From the IMG/VR virus record IMGVR_UViG_3300024058_000001, positions 40,772 through 104,771 of that record: a stretch of 64,000 nucleotides of DNA; one strand, 5' to 3'. The notes beneath the pieces are model-generated. The model ran no database searches, had not been told where the DNA came from, and saw only the letters and a program-made list of their open reading frames with translations. Position 1 is the first letter of the stretch, and every line of letters begins with the position of its first letter. The position numbers were made by a program, and so were the translations under genes. This document shows positions 27,871 through 37,042 of the stretch, in pieces. This stretch comes from a virus. Lineage: Duplodnaviria; Caudoviricetes.

Positions 27871-28754
27871 TATCTTCTCGCAGTCGTGTCATGATCACAA
27901 CGACAGTTACCTAAACAATCGTTAGTTCCCCACTCATCATCAAAATCCTGTATAGTCATCCATCTTCCTGAATTTTCTAAGCAACCTTCGCAAACTGGAC
28001 CACCTTTACCTTCATTAGGATGAATCGTCCATACCCCGCCTATAGGTTTAAAATGTCCTAGTTTTGGATCAGCTATAGCAAATGCAGCAACAGTTCCAGA
28101 AACAACTAACCCGAATGCAGCTAATGCATACATTTTTGCTCTAGCACGTTTAGGTTCTTGTATTTTTTCTTCTATTGCTTCTTCTAATTCCTCAAAGCTG
28201 TGATATTCTCTATCCATTAGTATGTCTAATGCCTCTTCTAGATTAGTAGCAAATGCAACTAAATAAACTTCGTTTTCGTCTAACCGTTCCTCAATTATTT
28301 CTTCATCTGTTTTAGAAAAACTATCGTCTAATTCTTGATTGCTAATTACTTGACCACGAAGTTTACCAAGTCTAAAACCATCTTCAAATCTATTACGTGC
28401 TTCATTACTTAATCGTCTTCTTAATTCTCCGATTCTTCCTCTAGCAATTAATTTGCGTCTATCACTTATAGTAACTTGTTTTTCTAGTCCTTCTTTAAGA
28501 TCTTCTTTAACTTTATCAAATATATAATCCCAAATATTTTCAATTGTACTTCTATATCTACTAACTATTTTATCAGCTTGCTTTGTAACTTTTGGAGCAA
28601 TAAGTTTTCTCTTAAAAATATCTCTAGGATCATTATCAAATTCGATGGATGATATGCTAGGGTAAGAATCAATAGTAGTTATAAACTTTACATTATCATT
28701 ATAAATCTCTCTGGCTTCTACTAAAGTTATCGGGGAATCAAATTTTAATATCAT
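27870..28754 (-). CDS. MuF-like minor head protein
   Basis: C-terminal VCEGC...CLGNCRC motif; located between portal and protease. Confidence 0.7.
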   Translation of the reverse strand: MILKFDSPITLVEAREIYNDNVKFITTIDSYPSISSIEFDNDPRDIFKRKLIAPKVTKQADKIVSRYRSTIENIWDYIFDKVKEDLKEGLEKQVTISDRRKLIARGRIGELRRRLSNEARNRFEDGFRLGKLRGQVISNQELDDSFSKTDEEIIEERLDENEVYLVAFATNLEEALDILMDREYHSFEELEEAIEEKIQEPKRARAKMYALAAFGLVVSGTVAAFAIADPKLGHFKPIGGVWTIHPNEGKGGPVCEGCLENSGRWMTIQDFDDEWGTNDCLGNCRCDHDTTARR

Positions 28755-28804
28755 GGCATTCCATTATCTTTTTTCATTAGATTATAAGAATCATTTAAAT
28801 TTCC

Positions 28805-28990
28805 TTACTTTATGCTTTCTCGTAACAATTTAATTTCGTTTAGTGTTGCACCCGTATTTTTAGCAATTGCCTCTAAAAGTTTGAGTGTAAGGATATCCAC
28901 ATTTCCTGTGTTAACTCCTATGGAACCTGGATTTGGTTTATTTACTTCCGTATCCTTTTTCTCTACCTTTTCAACTTTCTTCTTAGTCAT
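28805..28990 (-). CDS. Hypothetical protein
   Basis: 61 aa with AAGGA SD. Confidence 0.5.
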   Translation of the reverse strand: MTKKKVEKVEKKDTEVNKPNPGSIGVNTGNVDILTLKLLEAIAKNTGATLNEIKLLRESIK

Positions 28991-29047
28991 AATATTTTCC
29001 TTTAGCGTTAAAATAGTGTATTATATTGCCACTCATACTTTATATTA

Positions 29048-29263
29048 TCATACTCCATCTTCCGTATCCCATATATATCCTAAATCCGTCAAATTAGTAC
29101 GAAAATTTGTTTTACAAACACTATCTGTAACTGTATCTTCTTCGATTACATTAAGATCAATAGGTTTTAAATCAAGAGTTGCAGTTACACGCTTAGTGGT
29201 TTCATTGACACCATCATAATCTGCTTCAGTGATAGTAGTAATAGTAATAACTAAATCAGACAT
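29048..29263 (-). CDS. Hypothetical acidic protein
   Basis: Coupled ORF in a decoration/fibre cluster. Confidence 0.5.
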   Translation of the reverse strand: MSDLVITITTITEADYDGVNETTKRVTATLDLKPIDLNVIEEDTVTDSVCKTNFRTNLTDLGYIWDTEDGV

Positions 29264-29507
29264 TTCTCCCCCTCGAAATCACAGTAACTTCTATTGATCC
29301 ACTAAATTTTGTTTTAACTCTAAATTTAGCATTTGTTTTTGTAACTATTTGTTTATAAACAGGAAAAATACCAGAATCTTCCATTGTTAGTTGAACAGCA
29401 GGGACTCTATCAAAAGGAACCGAAAACGTTATAGTGGCAGTTTTTGTATTATTAAACGTTAACGTGTAGTGCTGTATATCTGTATTAATAGCTAAATGTT
29501 GTGGCAT
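29256..29507 (-). CDS. Small beta-sandwich (H-type-lectin-like) protein
   Basis: ITFSVPFDRVPAVQLT motif. Confidence 0.45.
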   Translation of the reverse strand: MPQHLAINTDIQHYTLTFNNTKTATITFSVPFDRVPAVQLTMEDSGIFPVYKQIVTKTNAKFRVKTKFSGSIEVTVISRGRNV

Positions 29508-29977
29508 TATATTATCTCCTCGTCTGTCTTTAATTTAGTTGTTACAAGAGATCCAGCAGAATCAGGCAAAACATTCCAATATTCGCCATCAGGTGCAATT
29601 TGAAAATTCTGTTTCAATTTGTTTAGTAATTCTGAACAATTTTTTAAAAACTCATCTCTTTCTATTTGTGTATATAGCAAATCGAGATTAGCCGTAGTTT
29701 CTGTAGAGGGCCATACATAATGCTGTATTAATTTTTTCTTATCATCATCGGAATACGTTGCCCAGTTGGAAAATATAGATATTAGTTCATTTCTGAAATT
29801 CTTGTAATTACTAACAGCTTTCATTCCATGATTACACCAATCAGAAATACTCGTAAGTTCTGTATATCCTGCTGAAACAGTAACTTCGTGTTTAAATCTT
29901 GGATTAGATTCTTGTGCAGAATCATAAGTAAGAACTTCTCCTGAAAAGTCTACATCATTTCTTTTAGTTAGTTTCAT
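29507..29977 (-). CDS. Hypothetical protein
   Basis: Coupled 156-aa ORF. Confidence 0.55.
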   Translation of the reverse strand: MKLTKRNDVDFSGEVLTYDSAQESNPRFKHEVTVSAGYTELTSISDWCNHGMKAVSNYKNFRNELISIFSNWATYSDDDKKKLIQHYVWPSTETTANLDLLYTQIERDEFLKNCSELLNKLKQNFQIAPDGEYWNVLPDSAGSLVTTKLKTDEEII

Positions 29978-29979
29978 AA

Positions 29980-30891
29980 TTACGCTCCTATACTAAACAT
30001 TGTACAGATTATTGATGGAGTAGCTGGTATTGTGGGTGGGCCAACTTCTAATGCTGTGAATTTTAATCCTAATCCTACTGAAGTACTTGTAACTCTTTGC
30101 ATCAGCCTTACTTTATCACCAGCATCTAATACTATTGTGATTCCTAAAACAATCACATCAGTAGCCGTGTTATCGCTAACCGATACGATAATATTAGAGT
30201 TAGGTTCATCTACAAACCCGCTACCACGATCTACTTGTAAAAACATATTCAATGCCTGTGAAGATCCTCCAGAGGACTTTCCGACTTGAGGTTGTGGCAA
30301 CATAAAGTACTTTCCAGCCGTATCTATTGTAATTTCACCTGGATTAACGGTTGTGCTATGAGTCATTCCTGCTATATCATCTTGAGTATTATATGTAATA
30401 ACAACAGGGGTTGTTACAGTTGGTTCTTGATCTACACTGCTACTTAATTGTGCAAATATACCAGAACCACCGCCACCGCCCAAATCTGCTATTGATTGCA
30501 CCGTAACTTTCTTTATATTGAACGAATCTGATGCATCAGCAATCAGAACTTCATCTGTTGGGGCTGCTGTAACCGATGCTTCAGGGTTGATAGCCACATC
30601 AAACGTTCGATTGACTGAAATATCCCCGCCTCCTACAAGCCCATCTCCTGCGATAAGAGTAACTGCTGTATGATCAATGTGCTCATTGGGGATAAAGTTC
30701 AACAATAGATCATGGTCAATACTTGTTTGGTCAACATCAAGCGTAAGGTCTTCATCTCCACCGTCATTTGTTTCAACAACGGTCAACTTAGTACTACCCG
30801 CAACGATCTTACTAAGTAAAAAATCGGGTGTGGAATCGTTAGACGTAACCCTTACCTTATTTGATTCCTTTTTACTAAGTGTAATAGCCAT
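29980..30891 (-). CDS. Fibre/spike protein with a C1q/BclA-like C-terminal domain
   Basis: AGDGLVGGG fibre motif; GEITIDTAGKY...LDAGDKVRL jelly-roll pattern. Confidence 0.6.
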   Translation of the reverse strand: MAITLSKKESNKVRVTSNDSTPDFLLSKIVAGSTKLTVVETNDGGDEDLTLDVDQTSIDHDLLLNFIPNEHIDHTAVTLIAGDGLVGGGDISVNRTFDVAINPEASVTAAPTDEVLIADASDSFNIKKVTVQSIADLGGGGGSGIFAQLSSSVDQEPTVTTPVVITYNTQDDIAGMTHSTTVNPGEITIDTAGKYFMLPQPQVGKSSGGSSQALNMFLQVDRGSGFVDEPNSNIIVSVSDNTATDVIVLGITIVLDAGDKVRLMQRVTSTSVGLGLKFTALEVGPPTIPATPSIICTMFSIGA

Positions 30892-31715
30892 TATACTGTT
30901 ACCAACATTTCAAATGGAACTGTTGCAGCAGACGACGAAACGGCAACCGCACTGTGATTTGCCTCAATACTTAGAGATTGTCCAGGAAGAACTGTTTTTG
31001 TGTTCGCTCCACCGTCAAAACTCACAAGTAGATTATTTGATGCATCGAGATTATCTATTAGGATTGCCTTTGAGGTTCCAGTAAATGTTACGTTAGCGGG
31101 AGTTGTCGTAGCGGTTCCGTTATGATGCTCTGCGACTCCTGCAGTACCAGCACCACCAGCACTATCCACCACCTTAAGATCATCTCCAGTAAAGATTAGT
31201 TTATCAGTCTGCGCCTTAATAGCTGCAAGAGTAATTTCTGTCGCTCTCGTAGCTAACGTTACTTCACTGGCTCTTGTCGCTAGTGTTGTCTCACTTGCCC
31301 TCGTAGCTAATGTTGTTTCGCTTGCCCTCGTAGCTAATGTTGTTTCAGTTGCAAAATCTACAGCTAGTAATGCAGCTAAAGTTGTTTCTGTTGAAAAATC
31401 TGTGGTTAATAAAGTAGCTAATTTACCATCAATCAATAGAAGTGTATCGTCTGTAGCAGGATTAATAATTGCAGCAGCAATATTTTTTAAGCCAACTGGA
31501 TCAACACCACCGCCACCGCCACCAGATACATCTAAACTAGCAGTCCCATCACCATTATCTGTTGCAGACGCTGGCAAATAGCCCACAACTTCGTTACTTT
31601 CTACAATAGGGAAGACTAATACTGAAGATGATTTTCTATTTTCATCGTATGGAAACGCTGGTAATTTTTTACTTACGTTTTTCTTTGGATCAATCGCCAT
31701 ATTTATTTCCTCCAA
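30891..31715 (-). CDS. Fibre-like protein with a 9-aa repeat stalk
   Basis: (ETTLATRAS)n stalk followed by a small beta domain. Confidence 0.6.
   Translation of the reverse strand: MEEINMAIDPKKNVSKKLPAFPYDENRKSSSVLVFPIVESNEVVGYLPASATDNGDGTASLDVSGGGGGGVDPVGLKNIAAAIINPATDDTLLLIDGKLATLLTTDFSTETTLAALLAVDFATETTLATRASETTLATRASETTLATRASEVTLATRATEITLAAIKAQTDKLIFTGDDLKVVDSAGGAGTAGVAEHHNGTATTTPANVTFTGTSKAILIDNLDASNNLLVSFDGGANTKTVLPGQSLSIEANHSAVAVSSSAATVPFEMLVTV
31220..31420 (-). repeat. 27-bp / 9-aa tandem repeats ETTLATRAS
   Basis: ATETTLATRASETTLATRASETTLATRASEVTLATRATEITLAA. Confidence 0.85.
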
Positions 31716-31920
31716 TTAATTTCATTAAATTTTTTATCCAATTTGTTTTTAAATTCTTATTATGAACCAAAATAAATCCGTCTCTTTTTAAAAGTTCTTT
31801 TGCAATATTTTCTGAAACAAGGACTATATTTTTACCATCATTGTTATGCGCTGCAAAATTAATAATTTTTCCATTAATTTTTATAGCTGATATTCCACTA
31901 GTACATTTAATGCGCTTCAT
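31690..31920 (-). CDS. Hypothetical protein
   Basis: 76-aa basic ORF, coupled to its neighbours. Confidence 0.45.
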   Translation of the reverse strand: MKRIKCTSGISAIKINGKIINFAAHNNDGKNIVLVSENIAKELLKRDGFILVHNKNLKTNWIKNLMKLIGGNKYGD

Positions 31921-32162
31921 TATTTAACTCTCCTATCTAACGTCATAGCATCATCACGAAAATCCATTTCAAATCCTGACTTTACATTTTTAATCTTATA
32001 AACTTCTGTATGAAGTTCATCTTTAAGAAACTCTAAAACTTCGTATATTGCTGTATTATCACTACTAAGAATTACTAAATCTCCTTTATTGAACTTATGA
32101 GATTTAATTCGTTTCGTAGATTTCCGAAATAATCCCTGCTCTATACTTCGTATCGATTTCAT
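31920..32162 (-). CDS. Small SH3-like barrel protein
   Basis: KFNKGDLV...YKIK pattern. Confidence 0.45.
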   Translation of the reverse strand: MKSIRSIEQGLFRKSTKRIKSHKFNKGDLVILSSDNTAIYEVLEFLKDELHTEVYKIKNVKSGFEMDFRDDAMTLDRRVK

Positions 32163-32697
32163 TATAAGCCTCTTTTAGCGATTTATGCTTAGTCTGAAGT
32201 TGAAATAAATTTGTCGTAATTTGCGCCATTGCTTCATTATTATGCGCGTTTCTCATATGATTATAAAAAAAATGAACTAATTCGTGAAATAACACCCATT
32301 CGTCCCCATTATAAATAATGATATCTTTACCTATTAATTTATCTAAATTTACTCCTGCATGATATCTACCGTTATAAAATTTTCCGATAGCCGTAGGTGG
32401 ATCATCTAAGGTCTCGGCTAAATAAATTCTAACCTTACTATTTACTTTATCAGCCGAAAAGAATTTCTTAAGAACTCCGTACATCTGTTCTGCCGTTTCT
32501 GCATCTGCTGCATACGAAATAATATGGTCTGTTTCTTGAGTAACTTTTGTACTAACTAGATTATAATCTTTAAGTTCTATTCTAAATCTTTTACCTGGAT
32601 TAATATACAATAATATAGAATAGCAAAATAATATAACTAAAATAACTCTAATTACTATTTTTCTTAACTTAACCACTATCGTCCTCATCAAATCCAA
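32104..32697 (-). CDS. Membrane-anchored zincin-like metallopeptidase
   Basis: N-terminal TM helix; HELVH followed by a downstream E (NNEAMA). Confidence 0.6.
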   Translation of the reverse strand: MDLMRTIVVKLRKIVIRVILVILFCYSILLYINPGKRFRIELKDYNLVSTKVTQETDHIISYAADAETAEQMYGVLKKFFSADKVNSKVRIYLAETLDDPPTAIGKFYNGRYHAGVNLDKLIGKDIIIYNGDEWVLFHELVHFFYNHMRNAHNNEAMAQITTNLFQLQTKHKSLKEAYNEIDTKYRAGIISEIYETN

Positions 32698-34459
32698 TTC
32701 TTAAATCTGCGTCTATTCCTTGTTTTCTTAATTCTTTTACAGTTTTATCTACTAATTTATTTTGTTCTTTATATTTCTTTTTTCTATTAACCGAAACTTT
32801 TATAGTATTAGTACCATCTGAAATAGAGGGAGGTACCGCATTTTCCATTGTAGGACGACCTGCATCGCCATCAACTTGTTGTTCAGGTTCAGGCCCTGGT
32901 TGCAATCCAAAAGGATCGGTTCTCTCATTTTGTTGAAATCCTCGATTAGGCATACCGCCTAATTCATCAAGTTTATCAATATCTTTAACTGGAACCATAC
33001 CAACACCAGTTTTAATCATTTGTTCATCTCCGCCCTCAATGGGCTTCTTACCAAGTTTCTTTCTTCTTTCATTAATTGAAATAACACCAGAATCCATGTC
33101 AAGTCTGTCAACCTGCGATTGCTGGATATCGTCTTTTAGCTCTGCACTTTGCCATTCAAATTTTACATCCTGAAAACCAAACTCTGCCTTTACAATCTCT
33201 TCATTAAAAAAAGAAGCTAACAAATTTAAAAGTGTTTTAACTCCTCTTGCTTGTGATAGCTTTGCTTGAACTTCAGCGGTAGTACGGTGAAAGTCTAAGA
33301 CAAACCCTATGTCCTGTGGGCTTATTCCGTATACCGCGCATTTAATGGCAACTGTCCATTTTAAATATTCCATCATTTGCATGTCTCTATTAGACTGCAC
33401 ACGCATAGGAATAAAATCTAATTTGTCAGATCCTGATGTAATTAATAGTTTATGAAGACCACCTCGACCTTGTACTTCTTGTTCCCATAAATTTTGAAAC
33501 ATCTGTCGTTGGTCTTCAGATACATTTTCTCCAAGATTTAGCACACCAGGAGGAACATTAGAATTTTTAAAATAATCAATATTATATTCATCTGCATATA
33601 AACTTGCAGTAATAATATACGCAGCTACTTCTAATGGAGAAACACCATAGCCAGTTTGTTGAGGATTTTGAGATATATATAGTAATTCGTCATTTGTAAA
33701 TTCTGCACGAATTACTCCTTTATCTTCCCATACATATGCAGGTTCTGGTGCTTTAGGTATCGTTCTATCTTCATTTCTATAAATCTTTACTTCTTGTCCT
33801 GGTAATGGATAAATCTCCGCCAAATTTCCAAGATAATCATAATTTTTTACAATAACACCAGAATCGTAAATTAAAATATCATCTAAAACTAACTCTAATA
33901 ATGTTCTAAATGTTGTTTCTGTTTGATTTGGATGCTCTAAAATACACTTAACTTTGTATTTATGTTCTTCTGCATTCTGTTTAACTCGTTTTGCCCACGC
34001 CTTAAAAAACCATCTAACGGCTTCTCTTTTTGCTTTTTCATCTATAGCCTTTTCAATAATTGGAGGAAGACTACTTCGTATTTCATCTTGTATTTCTTCT
34101 GGTAAAATTTGAGATTTAAACGGAGGAAGATCATATCCATAAGGATTAAGAGAAGTTAAAATAGATTCTTCCCACCTATCCAATTCAGCCTCTAAATTAT
34201 CGGTATCAGGGACTATATCCCATTTAGTCTGACTAATAAATCCTTTTATTACTCTGCGAATAGCCCAAGTAACTGGATCAGTATTCGCTAATCGCCCTAA
34301 TGTTGCAGCACTCAGAGTAAATTGTCGCTGAACTTTTTTACCAGTGGTATTATTAAGAAATCTAAACATACCTTTGCGAGGTACGGGTTCACCACGACCT
34401 GGATCAAGCTTTAGTGCTTTACTAAAGGTATTCTGAATTTTCTTAATTAAGTTTGCCAC
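32669..34459 (-). CDS. Portal protein
   Basis: YGVSPLE, YFKNSNVPPGVL, DMQMMEY, ISPQDIG and SINERRKKLGKKPIEGGD motifs. Confidence 0.93.
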   Translation of the reverse strand: MANLIKKIQNTFSKALKLDPGRGEPVPRKGMFRFLNNTTGKKVQRQFTLSAATLGRLANTDPVTWAIRRVIKGFISQTKWDIVPDTDNLEAELDRWEESILTSLNPYGYDLPPFKSQILPEEIQDEIRSSLPPIIEKAIDEKAKREAVRWFFKAWAKRVKQNAEEHKYKVKCILEHPNQTETTFRTLLELVLDDILIYDSGVIVKNYDYLGNLAEIYPLPGQEVKIYRNEDRTIPKAPEPAYVWEDKGVIRAEFTNDELLYISQNPQQTGYGVSPLEVAAYIITASLYADEYNIDYFKNSNVPPGVLNLGENVSEDQRQMFQNLWEQEVQGRGGLHKLLITSGSDKLDFIPMRVQSNRDMQMMEYLKWTVAIKCAVYGISPQDIGFVLDFHRTTAEVQAKLSQARGVKTLLNLLASFFNEEIVKAEFGFQDVKFEWQSAELKDDIQQSQVDRLDMDSGVISINERRKKLGKKPIEGGDEQMIKTGVGMVPVKDIDKLDELGGMPNRGFQQNERTDPFGLQPGPEPEQQVDGDAGRPTMENAVPPSISDGTNTIKVSVNRKKKYKEQNKLVDKTVKELRKQGIDADLRIGFDEDDSG

Positions 34460-34862
34460 TTTTTATCACCAGTTCTATAAGGGCTATTATATTTTTATGC
34501 TCTAATAGTTCCATTTGATTTCTATATGTTTTTCTAGCTTTCTCATCTTTGACATATGTCTTAATCAAAAAATGAACAAATTCATCTAGTTCATTAAATC
34601 TTACATGTAATAATTCATGAGCAATCGTACTATCTAATTCTTTCGGAGATTCTAATAAAAGTTTTTTGTTTAGTTCTATGTCTGCGGTACGGGTTTCTTC
34701 ATCCACGTACACCGTTGCGTATGATCCGCTAATTTTATCTTTCTTTTTTATCTTGGATGGTAATACAATATCAACCTCAAATTTGTAATCACTAATCCCA
34801 AGAAGTTTAGCGTATCGCACAACTTTCTTTTTTATATCGCTTTTTAATCTTTTTTTTATCAT
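34443..34862 (-). CDS. Zincin/SprT-like metallopeptidase
   Basis: TIAHELLH motif. Confidence 0.65.
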   Translation of the reverse strand: MIKKRLKSDIKKKVVRYAKLLGISDYKFEVDIVLPSKIKKKDKISGSYATVYVDEETRTADIELNKKLLLESPKELDSTIAHELLHVRFNELDEFVHFLIKTYVKDEKARKTYRNQMELLEHKNIIALIELVIKSGKLN

Positions 34863-35124
34863 CTCTTTTGAAATATTTCCTGCTCTTTATTTTTTTATCT
34901 TTATTCTTTTTTATTTCTTTTTCTGCAAGATACATATCAATTAATAAATCATGAATCTCTTCTTTTGTAATTGCAGGCTTTTTAGATGCAATTTTATCAG
35001 CAATTTCCATAAGTTCACCAGGAAGTTTTTTTCTTTCGCGTGGATGAAAATAGTCACTATACATAAATATCATCTGCCTTATCACAAAGATTACCGTTAC
35101 ACATGTCAACGGCCACATTTCCAT
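34807..35124 (-). CDS. Hypothetical membrane-anchored protein
   Basis: Hydrophobic N-terminus and Lys-rich tail. Confidence 0.5.
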   Translation of the reverse strand: MEMWPLTCVTVIFVIRQMIFMYSDYFHPRERKKLPGELMEIADKIASKKPAITKEEIHDLLIDMYLAEKEIKKNKDKKIKSRKYFKRDDKKKIKKRYKKESCAIR

Positions 35125-35126
35125 AA

Positions 35127-35408
35127 TTATATAATTCGTTCAGGCAACCAGGCTGAATATGCAGGTCTAACTCTTGGTGTATCTGATGCAATTTCGTTAT
35201 CAGGTTGAGTAACCCTATTAGTCATCTGATTTTGTTGGTGCTTTTGGCCGTGAACGATGTCCTCATTTTTCTTTTTTGGTCGTTTAATTCCTAAATCTTC
35301 TCTAACAAGTAAAAGTCCAGGAACATCTATAGAAGTTATTTCTTTTCTAATAGTTTGAAGTTTTCCTAAATAATCTCTAAGTTGTTCTATGAATTCCAAT
35401 TTGTTCAT
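35127..35408 (-). CDS. Small protein carrying a copy of the capsid protein N-arm
   Basis: IRKEITSIDVPGLLLVREDL versus capsid IQKAISSTDVSGLLLVREDL. Confidence 0.7.
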   Translation of the reverse strand: MNKLEFIEQLRDYLGKLQTIRKEITSIDVPGLLLVREDLGIKRPKKKNEDIVHGQKHQQNQMTNRVTQPDNEIASDTPRVRPAYSAWLPERII

Positions 35409-35412
35409 TTTA

Positions 35413-35730
35413 TTATCCTGTAAAATGGCTTATTACTCTAATTATAGTCCAACCTAGTCCTATAATTATAACTAATACTTTTAGTACAATAGACAAAAAT
35501 TCCGAAGCCCCTTGAACTTTCAATGACTTAGTTTCTAATGGCTCTAATCTCTTACCATAAGCTTTAATAGCGTTACCATTTTCTTCTATTAAATGAGGCA
35601 AATGATTTGTAACATGAGTATTTACTTCAGTAACAAGTTTGCCTAATTCAGTAACCTCATATTTAAGACCATCTACTTCATTTTCAATATGTTTTATTCT
35701 ACCTTCGTATCTATCATCTGCCATATTCAA
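35413..35730 (-). CDS. Coiled-coil protein with a C-terminal TM helix (XhlA/holin-like)
   Basis: Heptad coiled coil followed by FLSIVLKVLVIIIGLGWTII. Confidence 0.5.
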   Translation of the reverse strand: MNMADDRYEGRIKHIENEVDGLKYEVTELGKLVTEVNTHVTNHLPHLIEENGNAIKAYGKRLEPLETKSLKVQGASEFLSIVLKVLVIIIGLGWTIIRVISHFTG

Positions 35731-35733
35731 ACC

Positions 35734-36066
35734 TCACCTTGTTTCCAAAACAAATTTATATTGCTGTAAAAAATTATCCCAATCTGTAAATTTAAAAGCT
35801 TCATTATCTAACATTACATCGTATTTTGGTTTTCCAAACATTATGCTATCATATTTTATATTGTTTTTTTGAAGCCATACTTCTGTATCCATACCTAAAC
35901 TAACATCTCGTTTAGAATATATTAAAATTGTATGATTTAATTGTTTCAATTTATCTAAAGCTTCTTTAGCCCCAGGTAATACTTCACACTTTGAAACTTG
36001 ATCAAGTGCATGCCAATTGGATATAGGAGTACAAATAATTTTATCTAGCTCTAACGCAATAATCAT
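35734..36066 (-). CDS. HAD-superfamily phosphatase-like protein (degenerate motif I)
   Basis: IALELDKII, LPGAKEAL, WLQKNNIKYD and GKPKYDVMLDN motifs. Confidence 0.7.
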   Translation of the reverse strand: MIIALELDKIICTPISNWHALDQVSKCEVLPGAKEALDKLKQLNHTILIYSKRDVSLGMDTEVWLQKNNIKYDSIMFGKPKYDVMLDNEAFKFTDWDNFLQQYKFVLETR

Positions 36067-36075
36067 CGCTCACCT

Positions 36076-37032
36076 CTATTTAAAATAATCAAAACTAAAA
36101 CGTCTACGTCCTTCTCTTGGGCGTATTTGACGGCCATTAACTAAATAATTTCTATATGTTGCTGTATTAAGAACTTGATAAGTATTTGCTACTCTGCTAG
36201 AAACAATTTTTCCCTCATCAAATGCCCCTAACTTAGAATCAAAATAATAAACTAAATCGCCTGGTTTAAATCGACGAAATATTCTAAACTGTTTATCTAT
36301 AGCATTATCTCTCTTACTTGTCTTTGAACGTCTTTTACCAGCAGCATAGCCTGCTGCAGGCAATGCACTTATACCTGCTATACGCGCTGTTTTACCTGCA
36401 ATTCTTCTTTTACCTGCACGTGTACCCATACTTTGTCTAAATGTTTCTGCTTTATACCTTTGTTTACGTCCTATATTACGTACCTTAACTCCTACTGAAC
36501 CTAATTTACGTCCTATTGTAGAGACTGCACTAGCTATTCCTTTTTTTGTATTTACATTTGCAGTTGTTTCAATTCCTCTTTCATCTGACATTACAACAGG
36601 AACCTTTTCATAGCCAAGTTCTTTAAGAGCTACAAATCTATGATGACCATCTGTTACCATTTTACCAGGTTTTCCATCATGGTCAATTTCGGTATAAACT
36701 AATGGTTTAATATCTCCACTAATTTTAATAGCGTGTTTTATTTTGTCTACCTTGTTTCGGTCTAATGTTCTATTATATGGATTTGGAAGCAACTCAGAAA
36801 TGTTAATTTCTTCTATTTTTATCTTTACCATTCTTCCCCATTGACTATTTCCGCGATGCTCACTTCTAGGGCCAATGGCAGAAGATCCTTCACTCGAAGG
36901 ATTAAAATTAAAACCTTCTGCTTCAGGCGGATTAGTGCTAATAGCAGGAAATCTATATTCCCGTGTTTCAGCCTTATTTATCTGCCTAGTTAAATCTCTT
37001 AGTTGAGTCCATGTTTTCATATTTGTTATCAT
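36076..37032 (-). CDS. Modular protein: leader, ParB/Srx domain, cationic amphipathic unit and SH3-like domain
   Basis: PNPYN...VTDGHHRFVALKELG (ParB); TKK|GIASAVSTIGRKLG...; FKPGDLVYY. Confidence 0.7.
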   Translation of the reverse strand: MITNMKTWTQLRDLTRQINKAETREYRFPAISTNPPEAEGFNFNPSSEGSSAIGPRSEHRGNSQWGRMVKIKIEEINISELLPNPYNRTLDRNKVDKIKHAIKISGDIKPLVYTEIDHDGKPGKMVTDGHHRFVALKELGYEKVPVVMSDERGIETTANVNTKKGIASAVSTIGRKLGSVGVKVRNIGRKQRYKAETFRQSMGTRAGKRRIAGKTARIAGISALPAAGYAAGKRRSKTSKRDNAIDKQFRIFRRFKPGDLVYYFDSKLGAFDEGKIVSSRVANTYQVLNTATYRNYLVNGRQIRPREGRRRFSFDYFK

Positions 37033-37042
37033 CTTGTAATCT

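Noticed and set aside
31220-31420. 27-bp repeats as a possible CRISPR array
   Set aside because: In-frame coding tandem repeats with no spacers and with synonymous variation.
35734-36066. Degenerate HAD motif (ELDK instead of DxDG) as a novel activity
   Set aside because: It cannot be distinguished from simple decay or family variation without an alignment.
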